Shown: in pieces, positions 1 to 8,744 of the stretch
Numbering within the stretch: position 1 is the first letter of the stretch
Layout: every line of letters starts with the position of its first letter
Notes under the pieces: generated by a model
The model's database searches: none
Told to the model about the DNA's origin: nothing
What the model saw: the letters and a program-made list of their open reading frames with translations, nothing else
UHGV virus genome: UHGV-0208508
Origin: a virus
Strand: one strand, 5' to 3'
DNA length: 14,298 bases
Made by a program: the position numbers and the translations under genes

Positions 1-1
1 G

Positions 2-604
2 TCGAGCAACATGGTGCCGCCGATGTCGTACCGCTTTATGTACGGCCTGACTGAGTATCCGCTGGAAGGCAACAGCGCACTGCTGAAATCTCTTCAGGAC
101 AGCAACATCAACTACATCGGCACCGGCGCCGAAGGTGGACTCAGCAATAAAGTGCTGTTCACCGGCCGCATGCTCGATGGTAACCCGTTCAACTACTGGT
201 ATTCGGTGGCGTGGACGGCGATCAACCTTGAGCTCGACCTGGCGAATGAAATCATCAACGGCTCCAACACGACCGTTAACCCGCTGTACTACGAGCAGAA
301 GGGCATTGACCGCCTGCAGCGTCGCGCTCTGAAAACCATGCGTAATGGCATCAGCTACGGGCTGATCCTCGGTCGCGTCATCGACACGCAACTGACGCAG
401 GAAGATTTCGACACCGAGTATGACAAAGGCACTTACGCCGGCAACGCCGTGATCAACGCCGTGCCGTTCAGTAACTACAACAGCCTGAACCCCTCCGATT
501 ATCAGGAAGGCAAATATAACGGGCTGAGCGCCGTCATGACGCCGCGCCGCGGCTTCGAATCCATCACGTTTAACGTGAACGTAACGAACTTTGTAGGGGC
601 GTAA
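2..604 (+). CDS. Phage tail structural protein, C-terminal portion (possibly tail sheath); reading frame is open to the window edge so the 5' end is probably outside the window
   Basis: The frame has no stop between position 2 and the TAA at 602-604. The ATG at 11 has no ribosome-binding site within the 10 nt available. It lies directly upstream of a tube-sized ORF in a contractile-tail cluster. The sheath assignment is inference from gene order only. Confidence 0.55.
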   Translation, partial: SSNMVPPMSYRFMYGLTEYPLEGNSALLKSLQDSNINYIGTGAEGGLSNKVLFTGRMLDGNPFNYWYSVAWTAINLELDLANEIINGSNTTVNPLYYEQKGIDRLQRRALKTMRNGISYGLILGRVIDTQLTQEDFDTEYDKGTYAGNAVINAVPFSNYNSLNPSDYQEGKYNGLSAVMTPRRGFESITFNVNVTNFVGA

Positions 605-607
605 AAA

Positions 608-1045
608 ATGGCGAACCCATTAGTACCGCAGGGCTTCCTTAACCGCGTACGCGGGGCTCTTTCCGTCACGGACACACCGGCGCTGAACGTTTCTGCGTCG
701 TACCTGGCAAAGGACGGCATTAGCCTGCGTCCGGATGGCCCGGCGACCGACATCATCCCTACGATGACCGGAACCGTCGGCAGCCAGGCGCCGTATCAGC
801 AGGTAACGCTGACCGTGCATCTCCTGAAAACTCAGGGGCTGGGCGAAAGCTACCGGCAACGCTTTTTAACCGACACGTCGCTGGGTGAAATCGTGGTAAC
901 GCCGGATGCAACGACGTTCGGCAATATCACGCTGCTCAACTGCTATCTGGTCAACTTCAACGAGCTGGCTTTCAGCGGGATGGACCCGGCTTTTGTGGTA
1001 ACCATCAGCGGCTATATGGTCACCAACGACAACATGTGGGTGTAA
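608..1045 (+). CDS. Putative tail tube protein (145 aa)
   Basis: ATG at 608 is preceded by an AGGGG Shine-Dalgarno-like sequence and starts 3 nt after the upstream stop. Size and position (after the putative sheath, before the chaperone and tape measure) fit a tube protein. Function is inferred from synteny. Confidence 0.55.
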   Translation: MANPLVPQGFLNRVRGALSVTDTPALNVSASYLAKDGISLRPDGPATDIIPTMTGTVGSQAPYQQVTLTVHLLKTQGLGESYRQRFLTDTSLGEIVVTPDATTFGNITLLNCYLVNFNELAFSGMDPAFVVTISGYMVTNDNMWV

Positions 1046-1048
1046 TGC

Positions 1049-1621
1049 ATGAAAATTGACAAGAAACTGAATCTGGTCACCAACGTTACCCGCGAAGACG
1101 GCTCGATCGTATACCTGCATGTGACGCCATTCCCCTATGAGGTGGTGGAAGAACACTGCATCCTGCTGGGGAACCTGTTCACAAAATTCATCTCGCAGGT
1201 GGGTGGTCTTGGCGCCGCCAGAATCGCCGCGATGATGCTGAGGCAGAGCCTGAAAGCGGAAATCGATAACGGTCGGACAGGTCCGAACATCGTTGATGAA
1301 ATTCAGCGACTGACGGTCGTTATCCATAACGTCGGCGGCCAGTGGAACACCACGCCCCTTGAGATGGCATTCAAACAGGGGATTATCGACCCTGATGAGT
1401 ATCGCGAGGTCGAAGGCGAAGTGGTTTTTTTTATGGTTTCCTCTGCTATTCAGAAGGCAAACCTGATCGCGCCGACAGTGGGAACGGTGATCAAAATGTA
1501 CGATGGGCAACTAACCTCATCGAGCGTTACGGCGTTCCGCGATTCGTTGCAGACGTCGAAGCCGGATACCGATATCCCGACCCAGAATGCCCAGCCGGAA
1601 ACGTCATTTATACCCTCTTAG
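1049..1621 (+). CDS. Putative tail assembly chaperone (190 aa)
   Basis: It sits immediately upstream of the tape-measure gene, the conserved position of tail chaperones, and has an acidic C-terminal region. No frameshift extension ORF was found downstream. Confidence 0.45.
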   Translation: MKIDKKLNLVTNVTREDGSIVYLHVTPFPYEVVEEHCILLGNLFTKFISQVGGLGAARIAAMMLRQSLKAEIDNGRTGPNIVDEIQRLTVVIHNVGGQWNTTPLEMAFKQGIIDPDEYREVEGEVVFFMVSSAIQKANLIAPTVGTVIKMYDGQLTSSSVTAFRDSLQTSKPDTDIPTQNAQPETSFIPS

Positions 1622-1744
1622 ACTGGGCGTCTAATGAGGGATTCTGGCAGGTGATAAGGGAGATCACCGGCGAGGAGTATGCCAGCCCGGCGCAGTACCG
1701 GCAGCGCTACCTTCTCGCCGCGCTCAAAGAAAGAGGTTTCTTCA

Positions 1745-3562
1745 ATGGTAGCTAAGTCGATCGTCGACATTGACGTAAATGACGACAAGTTTGTCGCGTT
1801 TATGGAAAGGTTTCGCGAGTACCAGAGCGCGCTGGATGATTTACCGGAAGCCTGGCGAGTGGCTGCCGTTGGCATTGGCGAAAGCAGCAAGCAGACCGAA
1901 AAGGCCAAAGGTGAGGCGAAGGAGTTAGGCGCGGAGTTTAACGCCGTGGCCGAGGCCATTCTGACCATCAACAGCGGTATCGATCGGCTCAATACCAACC
2001 TGGAAGACTCGAAGAAAAAGCAGGGCGAATTCAACAAAAGCACCCGATCTGCGAAGGGCTTCCTCAGCGATGCGACGAAAGACGCTAAATCGCTGGCAGG
2101 TCACATCAAGGAAGCGACGGCCAGCCTTCTGTCCTGGGGTGGTATTGTCGGGATATTTACCGGCGTCCTTGGCATTGGCGGCCTGTTTGGCATCAACCGC
2201 CTGGCTGCCACCACCGGTGCCCAGCGGTTTACTTCTCTCGGGCTCGGGACGAGCATCGGCGCGCTGGATTCCACCGCCATAAACTACCAGAAAGCGCTGG
2301 GTAATCCGGCGGGGACGCTGGGCGCTATCCGCGATTCCCAGATGGACCTGTCGAAGCGCTGGACGTTTCAGGCTATGGGGATTAACAATCCCGACCAGGA
2401 CCCGGCCAAACTGCTCCCGCAGATGATCCGTAATGCGCGCGATATTTTCGTGCAGAACGGCAGCACGCTGCAGGGCGCACAGGCGCACGGCCTGACAAAC
2501 TTCTTTACGCTGGACGACCTGAACCGCTTCAAAAACATGAGCGATGAGGAGATCACCGCCATGGAGAAGCGCGCGCAGCAGGATGCGCGTATGTTGCAAA
2601 TTACCGACCAGCAGGCGCGTCAGTGGCAGGATTTTAACGTCCAGCTCGATTACAGCAGCCAGAGCATCAGAAACACGTTTGTGCGCGGCCTGGGTCCTCT
2701 CACACCTCAACTGAGAAAACTGTCTGATGCGCTGTCAGGCGCGATCGATACCGTCCTGAAATCCCCCGAACTCGGCAAGTGGATTGATGCGCTTGCCGGC
2801 GGCATTGAGCGATTCGGTAATTACCTCGCTTCTCCTGAATTTTCCACAGATGTAAGCAACTTTATGGACAAAGTAGAGAAAATGGGAAATCTAATTGGCA
2901 AGGTTATTGATTGGGTAACAGGGAAAGCGAGTATCTCTACTGCGGATATATCATCCGGGTCAACGATGTTGAGCCCAAGCACCATCATCGATCCGAAAAC
3001 GGGAAAATCCTATACTCCTGGAAGCAATGATGACCCGCATGTATGGGGCTGGCTCAAGGGTGTTAGGCGCTTCTTTGAAGATGGAACCGTTAAAGCTGTT
3101 GATCCCACACCTGCAAATACTTCCGACAGAAACAGGACTATTGCAGATCGATTTAATAATCCGGGAAATCTGCGGTGGGCTGAAGGATACAGCAGCGAGA
3201 ATACGAGAAGCGGTAAATTTGCCGTCTTCCCAACGCTGGATGAAGGCGTACTGGCGGCGACAAAGCAACTTCAAATGTATGGCGCTAAAGGAATAAATAC
3301 GGTAGGAGATATTGCAAGAAAATGGGCTCCTCCTAAGGAAAATAATACCGCTGAGTATATTCGGCATGTGGTTAAAACTACTGGATTTAATGAGAATCAG
3401 AAACTGAATCTCAATGATCCTCAGGTTATCGCGAAACTCATTTCTGCTATATCTCAAAAAGAAGGGGCTGGTAGCAGAGTTTCTGAGAGCACAGTCATTC
3501 AGATCTATAACAATACCGGCGGGAATGCAGTGGTAACTTCAGCGCAATTGGGGGCGAGGTAA
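1745..3562 (+). CDS. Tail tape measure protein (about 605 aa from ATG 1745; an alternative in-frame ATG lies at 1679)
   Basis: Strong ribosome-binding site AAGAAAGAGG before ATG 1745. It is the longest ORF in the tail module, with an N-terminal helical/charged region, a Gly-rich hydrophobic segment (LSWGGIVGIFTGVLGIGGLFGI), and a Q/A/R-rich helical central part. It sits between the chaperone and baseplate genes. Confidence 0.8.
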   Translation: MVAKSIVDIDVNDDKFVAFMERFREYQSALDDLPEAWRVAAVGIGESSKQTEKAKGEAKELGAEFNAVAEAILTINSGIDRLNTNLEDSKKKQGEFNKSTRSAKGFLSDATKDAKSLAGHIKEATASLLSWGGIVGIFTGVLGIGGLFGINRLAATTGAQRFTSLGLGTSIGALDSTAINYQKALGNPAGTLGAIRDSQMDLSKRWTFQAMGINNPDQDPAKLLPQMIRNARDIFVQNGSTLQGAQAHGLTNFFTLDDLNRFKNMSDEEITAMEKRAQQDARMLQITDQQARQWQDFNVQLDYSSQSIRNTFVRGLGPLTPQLRKLSDALSGAIDTVLKSPELGKWIDALAGGIERFGNYLASPEFSTDVSNFMDKVEKMGNLIGKVIDWVTGKASISTADISSGSTMLSPSTIIDPKTGKSYTPGSNDDPHVWGWLKGVRRFFEDGTVKAVDPTPANTSDRNRTIADRFNNPGNLRWAEGYSSENTRSGKFAVFPTLDEGVLAATKQLQMYGAKGINTVGDIARKWAPPKENNTAEYIRHVVKTTGFNENQKLNLNDPQVIAKLISAISQKEGAGSRVSESTVIQIYNNTGGNAVVTSAQLGAR

Positions 3563-4272
3563 TGGGATTCACACGTGAAATGTATAAGCTGGGTTTTGAA
3601 ATATCCCCAGTAATACTTTGCGGAGGGATAGCGCAGGCCATTCCTGGAGGAATGCTCCCGATCGTCGCTTTGACACAGAGCGCGAGCTTTGTTACGGGGC
3701 TGCTTGGAGGAGCCATAAACCTAACCGATCTGGATAAATATTTCTGCCACTGGCGACCGGTTCAGGGCGCCACAATGGTTGATTATGAAATTGCCAGATA
3801 CCCTTTCGCTAACCAGGTAGTAGCTGCGAACGCCTTGCTTGCTCAGCCTTTGCGCGTTTCGTTGGTAATGGAGGCCCCGGTCAATGAAAACACCGGGGCG
3901 ATGACAAAGCTCGTCACTATGAGTGCTTTGCAGTCTGTCCTTCAGGCGCATTCTAACTTAGGCGGCACGTTTATCGTCGCCACCCCATCCGTTATCTATA
4001 GCAACTGCATTTTGCGTGTAGTGAGGGACATTACCTCTGGTAACGATCCATTACCACAGCGTTCATGGATATGGGATTTCGAGCAGCCACTGATAACCGA
4101 TAATGGTGCAGAGCAGGCCGTGAACAATTTTTTAAACAAGATTGGCGCCGGGGATATGGTAACCGACCCATCCTGGACTAATACCGCCAATGCTCTTGGC
4201 AACACGCCTCTCGGGAGCTCTGTATCGGAAGCAATAACCGGCCTATTGGGTAAGTTGGGGGTAGGGCCATGA
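3562..4272 (+). CDS. Tail/baseplate assembly protein, uncharacterized (236 aa)
   Basis: Start ATG overlaps the tape-measure stop (TAATG) and is preceded by GGGGCGAGG. It is co-directional within the tail operon. No recognisable motif. Confidence 0.65.
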   Translation: MGFTREMYKLGFEISPVILCGGIAQAIPGGMLPIVALTQSASFVTGLLGGAINLTDLDKYFCHWRPVQGATMVDYEIARYPFANQVVAANALLAQPLRVSLVMEAPVNENTGAMTKLVTMSALQSVLQAHSNLGGTFIVATPSVIYSNCILRVVRDITSGNDPLPQRSWIWDFEQPLITDNGAEQAVNNFLNKIGAGDMVTDPSWTNTANALGNTPLGSSVSEAITGLLGKLGVGP

Positions 4273-4547
4273 CAACCCAGAATTATCCGTTTACCGGCAA
4301 TGATCGTCAAAGCATGACATTTACACCGATCCTTGATGGCACCGTCTATAACTGCCAGGTTAAATGGAACATTGCCGGGCTGAGGTGGTATGTCCTCATT
4401 ACAGATGGCTCTGGGAATACCATTCTAAATACCCCGCTCGTTGGCTCCGAGCTTAACGGTGGAATAAATATTATCTCCGGAGTGTTTAATTCGTCCTCCA
4501 TGTACTGGCGCGAACAGAATGGACTGATTGAGGTAAACAGTTCATGA
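4269..4547 (+). CDS. Small tail/baseplate-associated protein (92 aa), uncharacterized
   Basis: ATGA start/stop overlap with the upstream gene, a GGGGGTAGGG ribosome-binding site, and the stop overlaps the next start. Translational coupling pattern is typical of phage structural operons. Confidence 0.6.
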   Translation: MTTQNYPFTGNDRQSMTFTPILDGTVYNCQVKWNIAGLRWYVLITDGSGNTILNTPLVGSELNGGINIISGVFNSSSMYWREQNGLIEVNSS

Positions 4548-5581
4548 GATATTATGATATTGAGATAACCATTCCTGCTGAAGGTGCCTCTCCGGAAAGA
4601 ACGATAAAATACAGTAGCCATAAGAACGGAGTTTACAACCCCGGCGCCCTGATGATTGAGTTTGATATCCTCAGGTACGGTGAATCGACTCCCCAGGGCG
4701 AAACTCACCTGACCATCTGGGGTATTGGCCCAAAAGAAATGCAGCAGGCTCGCCAGAATTTTTTTGGCAAAAAAATTAAAATATTCCTTGGGATGAAAGA
4801 CGGGCTGCCATTGGCTGGCAAGGTTACCTCACCAAAACTGGTATTGGATGGCGTGATAAATCAGGTCTTTGGTAACTGGCAGGGTATTGAGTTACGACTT
4901 GACTTCATAATCGTGGTTGGTCCTGTCCAGAACGTGCCAAATAACAAACCCGTACCCCTTCCTTTAACCTTTGACTGGAAGGAGGGGCAGAAGCTTTCTG
5001 TAGCCCTCACGCAGTGTTTTATGAACATCAGAGGGTATACGTTCAATATCAACATAAGCGACCGGCTAATCCTTAATCATTACCGGGGGCTGTTTTGTGA
5101 TGACATTGTCACCCTGGCCAAGGACCTTAATGCTTTTTCACGTTCCAGAATTCGCGATAGCGGGTACTCTGGTGTAGAGATCGCAATAGTGAATGGTAAT
5201 GAGATCCGGGTATGGGATAACGATTATGATAACCACCCGGATAAGACTTCTGTTTCCAGCGCCGTAGCCAGAAGCAACAGCCCAACCCAAATAGATTTCA
5301 AGGATTTGATAGGGCAGCCGACATGGGTGGCATTTAACACAATCAGCATGGCGTGCGTAATGCGCGGTGATATTCAGGTTGGCGATCACATCCTGATGCC
5401 TAAAAAAAGCACTCCGTTGATACAGGCCTCTTCGTACTCTCAGTATCGAGAAGACTCTGCCTTTACTGGCGACTTTATTGTGAACTCCGTTCGCCTGTTA
5501 GGGAATAGCAGGCAACCAACGGCAGAGGCATGGGTAACAATTATTGAGGCTTCCCCTTTCATTAAGGCAGGTAGTGCATGA
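4544..5581 (+). CDS. Putative baseplate hub protein (345 aa)
   Basis: GAGGT ribosome-binding site. It lies immediately upstream of the spike gene, the position of the hub (P2 gpD / Mu gp44-type) in contractile-tail clusters. The assignment is positional inference. Confidence 0.6.
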   Translation: MRYYDIEITIPAEGASPERTIKYSSHKNGVYNPGALMIEFDILRYGESTPQGETHLTIWGIGPKEMQQARQNFFGKKIKIFLGMKDGLPLAGKVTSPKLVLDGVINQVFGNWQGIELRLDFIIVVGPVQNVPNNKPVPLPLTFDWKEGQKLSVALTQCFMNIRGYTFNINISDRLILNHYRGLFCDDIVTLAKDLNAFSRSRIRDSGYSGVEIAIVNGNEIRVWDNDYDNHPDKTSVSSAVARSNSPTQIDFKDLIGQPTWVAFNTISMACVMRGDIQVGDHILMPKKSTPLIQASSYSQYREDSAFTGDFIVNSVRLLGNSRQPTAEAWVTIIEASPFIKAGSA

Positions 5582-6294
5582 GCATCGACAACAAGCTTAA
5601 TTTTGCCTCAAGCATGAACAGGTTTACTGAAAGAAAGATTGAAAATGCGCTTCAAAAATCAGGGAAAGTTCTTCCGGCGAGCGTGGTTAAGCAAACTGGG
5701 AATATGATCACCGTCTCCTTCGAGCTAAGGGATATCCCATATGTTTTGCCGCAAGTGACTATCCCCTTATTTGGCCCTCAATATATTCGTTACCCTATGC
5801 AGCCGGGAGATAAGGGGATTGTTATCCCCGCAGATACTTACATTGGCGGCGTTAGCGGTCAGGGAGGCGGCATTGCAGATATGACTCCGCCAGCAAACTT
5901 AAGCGCCCTCGTTTTCTTGCCGATCAGTAATACCGAGTGGCAGGGTGTCGACGGACAGGTGGTGACGGTATACGGGCCGGAGGGTGTAACGCTGCGCGAC
6001 AGTGGCAGCAACACGACGTTTCTCCTGAAGCCTGACAGCATCGCCATTTCCACACCTGACAGCTTCACCGTCACCGTTGGCGGGACAGTTTTCTCACTGA
6101 CGGGTAGCAAATGGAGCCTTTCAGGCCAGGCTGGTCACCTGCAGGATTCAGTGGCCAGTACTAGCCCTGCAATCATGCACGCCGGGTGGCAGTCGCTTCT
6201 GACCTGGCTTAACAGCCATGAACATTCAAACGGCAACGATGGAAATGATACCGGGGGGCCGACTTCAACGTTTAACGGGAGTATCACCGAGTGA
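5578..6294 (+). CDS. Baseplate central spike protein, gpV-like (238 aa)
   Basis: ATGA overlap with the upstream gene. Gly-rich beta-type sequence with a C-terminal His-x-His motif (SHEHSNGNDGNDTGG), reminiscent of the metal-binding tip of P2 gpV-type spikes. It sits just before W-like and J-like genes. Confidence 0.65.
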   Translation: MSIDNKLNFASSMNRFTERKIENALQKSGKVLPASVVKQTGNMITVSFELRDIPYVLPQVTIPLFGPQYIRYPMQPGDKGIVIPADTYIGGVSGQGGGIADMTPPANLSALVFLPISNTEWQGVDGQVVTVYGPEGVTLRDSGSNTTFLLKPDSIAISTPDSFTVTVGGTVFSLTGSKWSLSGQAGHLQDSVASTSPAIMHAGWQSLLTWLNSHEHSNGNDGNDTGGPTSTFNGSITE

Positions 6295-6623
6295 GAACCT
6301 ATGGCCGAAACTCTGAGGGGAAGTGGGTCCTGGTGGAAACCGACGAAAATGGGTTTAATGACTTGGTGTATTTAACCACCCTGATCCAGAATCTGAAACT
6401 GGCGCCGCAGGAGTCACCCTTTTATGCGAACAACGGAATCCCGGCCGCCGGGTCGGTGATCCAGCAAATCCTGCCGACGTATTACGTAAACCGTATTCAG
6501 AAACAGTTCAGCCAGTATTTTTCCTCGCTGCAGATTGCACTGATCAGCGACGACCCGCCTGTTTATAACATCTCGGCAATCACAAATGCAGGTTCAAAAA
6601 TAATTACACAGGTGGCCGTATGA
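6291..6623 (+). CDS. Putative baseplate wedge protein (W/gp25-like, 110 aa)
   Basis: GTG start overlapping the upstream TGA (GTGA). Size and position directly upstream of the J-like gene fit the V-W-J-I order of P2/Mu-type baseplates. Inference from synteny and size. Confidence 0.55.
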   Translation: MRTYGRNSEGKWVLVETDENGFNDLVYLTTLIQNLKLAPQESPFYANNGIPAAGSVIQQILPTYYVNRIQKQFSQYFSSLQIALISDDPPVYNISAITNAGSKIITQVAV

Positions 6624-8038
6624 GCGATTTACCAGTCAGCTATACGTCAGCAGGCCCGGTTCCTCTGACGCCGGAAGAGCTACGAGCACAGCTCGTTTCT
6701 CAGGCAATTGCGCTATCTCCGGGACTCACAACTGATTTGCCTGGATCTCTGATTGAGGACGTGGCCAGTACCGATGTCGGCGCGCTCATCGTTTGTGATC
6801 AAGCAAGGGTTGACCTGATTAACTCGGTGGGGCCACTAAAGGCTAACCTGGCCATGCTGGAGCTTCTCGCACAGCAGGCTGGTATTCCTGGGCAGAAAAC
6901 GGCTGGCACAACAACAGTCCCGGTTCAGTTTTCCGGCCCCGCGGGATTTGTTATCCCACAGGGGTTTATTGTTTCTGATGGGACCTATACCTATTCAGTC
7001 AGTGATGCGACGATTATCTCGTCGTCTGGAGTATCTGCCAGCGTATCATGCGAGGGAACGGAGACCGGGACCTGGGCGGTGCCGGTAAATACGGTTAACC
7101 AGATCATATCCAGTCTACCGTCTGACGTCACCATCACCTGCACCAACCCGATCGCCGGCACTCCGGGTGCTGACCCGGAAACGAACTATCAGTTTCGTGA
7201 TCGCGTATGGCAGGCGCAGATGGCCACCGTTCAGGGATATCCTGGATTTATCCGGCAATATCTCACCAGCCTTGATAACGTGCAGGCGCGCCTGGTTTCT
7301 GTCATTCAGGACGGGGATAAATGGATAGTCATGTGTGCCGGCGGTGATATTTACGATATTGCTGGCGCGCTCTATAAGTCTGCGGGGGATATCAGCCGGC
7401 TGAAAGGGTGTTCACTGAACGTAACGGGAATCACGAATGCAAATCCTGGTGTCGTCAGCACAGACCTGACTCATGGTTACACTGACGGCCAGGTTATCCG
7501 GATCACTGGCGTTACCGGGATGACGGGTATTAATGACGTCCCTCTGACCGTGACGGTACTGTCTCCTCACACGTTTTCCATCGGGATTGACACCACGTCA
7601 TCCGGGACCTGGGGAGGCGGCGGCGAGGTGACACCGAACGTCAGAAACAATACCGTGACGGTGAATGACTGGCCTGATAACTACGTGATCCCGTTCGTGA
7701 CGCCATTGCTGCAGCGGGTCACTGTGACGTATCAGTGGGGGACAGAAAGTGTTAACTACCTGACAGATGCCACGGTCGCCTCTCTGGTCTCGGCGCCTAC
7801 GATTCAGTATGTGAACGGCATATTCGCCGGGAAACCGCTGAACGTTAACAACCTGAAAGACGCATTCTTACAGGCGATTAACTCGACAATCGACATGGGG
7901 CTGATCAGCACTTTAAACGTCGTGGTCACCATCAATGGTGTGATAACACCACCGGATGCCGGGACGAATATCATCAGCGGCGATAAGTTCAGTTATTTTT
8001 ATATCGCGTCGGATGGCGTGATCGTAACAGGGGCGTAG
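6620..8038 (+). CDS. Baseplate J-like protein (472 aa)
   Basis: ATGA overlap with the upstream gene and an AGGTGG ribosome-binding site. A large protein between the W-like and I-like genes, which is the conserved position of baseplate J / gp6-type wedge proteins. Confidence 0.7.
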   Translation: MSDLPVSYTSAGPVPLTPEELRAQLVSQAIALSPGLTTDLPGSLIEDVASTDVGALIVCDQARVDLINSVGPLKANLAMLELLAQQAGIPGQKTAGTTTVPVQFSGPAGFVIPQGFIVSDGTYTYSVSDATIISSSGVSASVSCEGTETGTWAVPVNTVNQIISSLPSDVTITCTNPIAGTPGADPETNYQFRDRVWQAQMATVQGYPGFIRQYLTSLDNVQARLVSVIQDGDKWIVMCAGGDIYDIAGALYKSAGDISRLKGCSLNVTGITNANPGVVSTDLTHGYTDGQVIRITGVTGMTGINDVPLTVTVLSPHTFSIGIDTTSSGTWGGGGEVTPNVRNNTVTVNDWPDNYVIPFVTPLLQRVTVTYQWGTESVNYLTDATVASLVSAPTIQYVNGIFAGKPLNVNNLKDAFLQAINSTIDMGLISTLNVVVTINGVITPPDAGTNIISGDKFSYFYIASDGVIVTGA

Positions 8039-8039
8039 C

Positions 8040-8744
8040 ATGCTGGACGATATCATCCGGTCGTATATGTATACGCAATACAACGACGATGAAAATCTGC
8101 GGGCGTTTTTTACTGCGTATAACTCGATGGCGCAGGGCATTTATGACTGGATGGTTAATGCCAACCTGCCGATTTTCATCGGTGACTACAACACCGGAGA
8201 TCAGCTCCGGTGGATTGCCCATGGCATCTATGGCGTTTTGCCGCCGGTGATTTCCAGCAGCGATCAGCAGGAGATAGGCCCATATAACACCTTCGAATTT
8301 AACCAACTGGCATTCAATGAATACCGGGTGATTGACCAGTCGAACCAGGTTGTTGTCTCCGATGACCTTTTTAAGCGGATCATGACCTGGAATTTTTATA
8401 AAGGTGACGGCTTCTATTTCTCTATCCCATGGATAAAACGGCGTATTCTGCGGTTCCTGTTGGGAGTGAATGGCACCGATATCCTCAATGACCAGCGGTG
8501 GAGTATATCGATCCAGTTTGTGGATGGCGGGATCGTGATATCCATCTATAAGGGGCGCCGCAGGTTCACGCGGAGCGCTATCTACAACGCATCGGCCTAT
8601 AACTCCAGGAAGTACAACCAGAAGGACACGGCCTTTGTGATCACCGAGGATTTCGAGTTCGCTATTTTCTTCAAGCAGGCCATGGATAGCGGCCTGCTTC
8701 ACATGCCGTTTTACCAGTCAGTCACGGTTGAGATATTTGACTAG
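8040..8744 (+). CDS. Baseplate/tail protein I-like (234 aa)
   Basis: Starts 2 nt after the J-like stop with an AGGGGCG ribosome-binding site. Position between J-like and the tail-fiber genes matches P2 gpI / Mu gp48-type proteins. Confidence 0.6.
   Translation: MLDDIIRSYMYTQYNDDENLRAFFTAYNSMAQGIYDWMVNANLPIFIGDYNTGDQLRWIAHGIYGVLPPVISSSDQQEIGPYNTFEFNQLAFNEYRVIDQSNQVVVSDDLFKRIMTWNFYKGDGFYFSIPWIKRRILRFLLGVNGTDILNDQRWSISIQFVDGGIVISIYKGRRRFTRSAIYNASAYNSRKYNQKDTAFVITEDFEFAIFFKQAMDSGLLHMPFYQSVTVEIFD

Noticed and set aside
866-1510. 214-codon minus-strand ORF overlapping the tube-like and chaperone genes
   Set aside because: It lies entirely antisense to well-supported plus-strand genes in GC-rich DNA, where long spurious antisense ORFs are common. 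It has no ribosome-binding site or operon context and an Arg/His-rich low-complexity translation.
1679-1744. Upstream in-frame ATG at 1679 as the tape-measure start
   Set aside because: The GAGGAG upstream of 1679 is only about 1 nt from the ATG, and the extra 22 residues are basic low-complexity sequence. The ATG at 1745 has a well-spaced AAGAAAGAGG ribosome-binding site. The 1679 start is not excluded, only less likely.
1500-1745. Possible programmed -1/+1 frameshift extension of the chaperone gene upstream of the tape measure, as in many tail chaperone pairs
   Set aside because: No ORF in another plus-strand frame extends past the chaperone stop. The chaperone and tape-measure frames are the same but are separated by in-frame stops at 1619-1621 and 1652-1657, so no frameshift product can be supported from the sequence.
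1925-2710. 261-codon minus-strand ORF inside the tape-measure gene
   Set aside because: Antisense to the tape-measure coding sequence, Arg/Ala/Leu-rich as expected from GC-rich antisense frames, and with no supporting start context.
2960-3457. 165-codon minus-strand ORF and several 60-90 codon ORFs within the tape-measure 3' region and elsewhere (for example 135-332, 2070-2282, 3027-3296, 12206-12403, 12743-12967)
   Set aside because: These are alternative-frame or antisense ORFs nested inside longer, better-supported genes. They have no ribosome-binding sites or coupling.
7989-8702. 237-codon minus-strand ORF antisense to the I-like gene
   Set aside because: It overlaps the I-like gene over its whole length and has no independent signals. 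The plus-strand operon reading is far more parsimonious.
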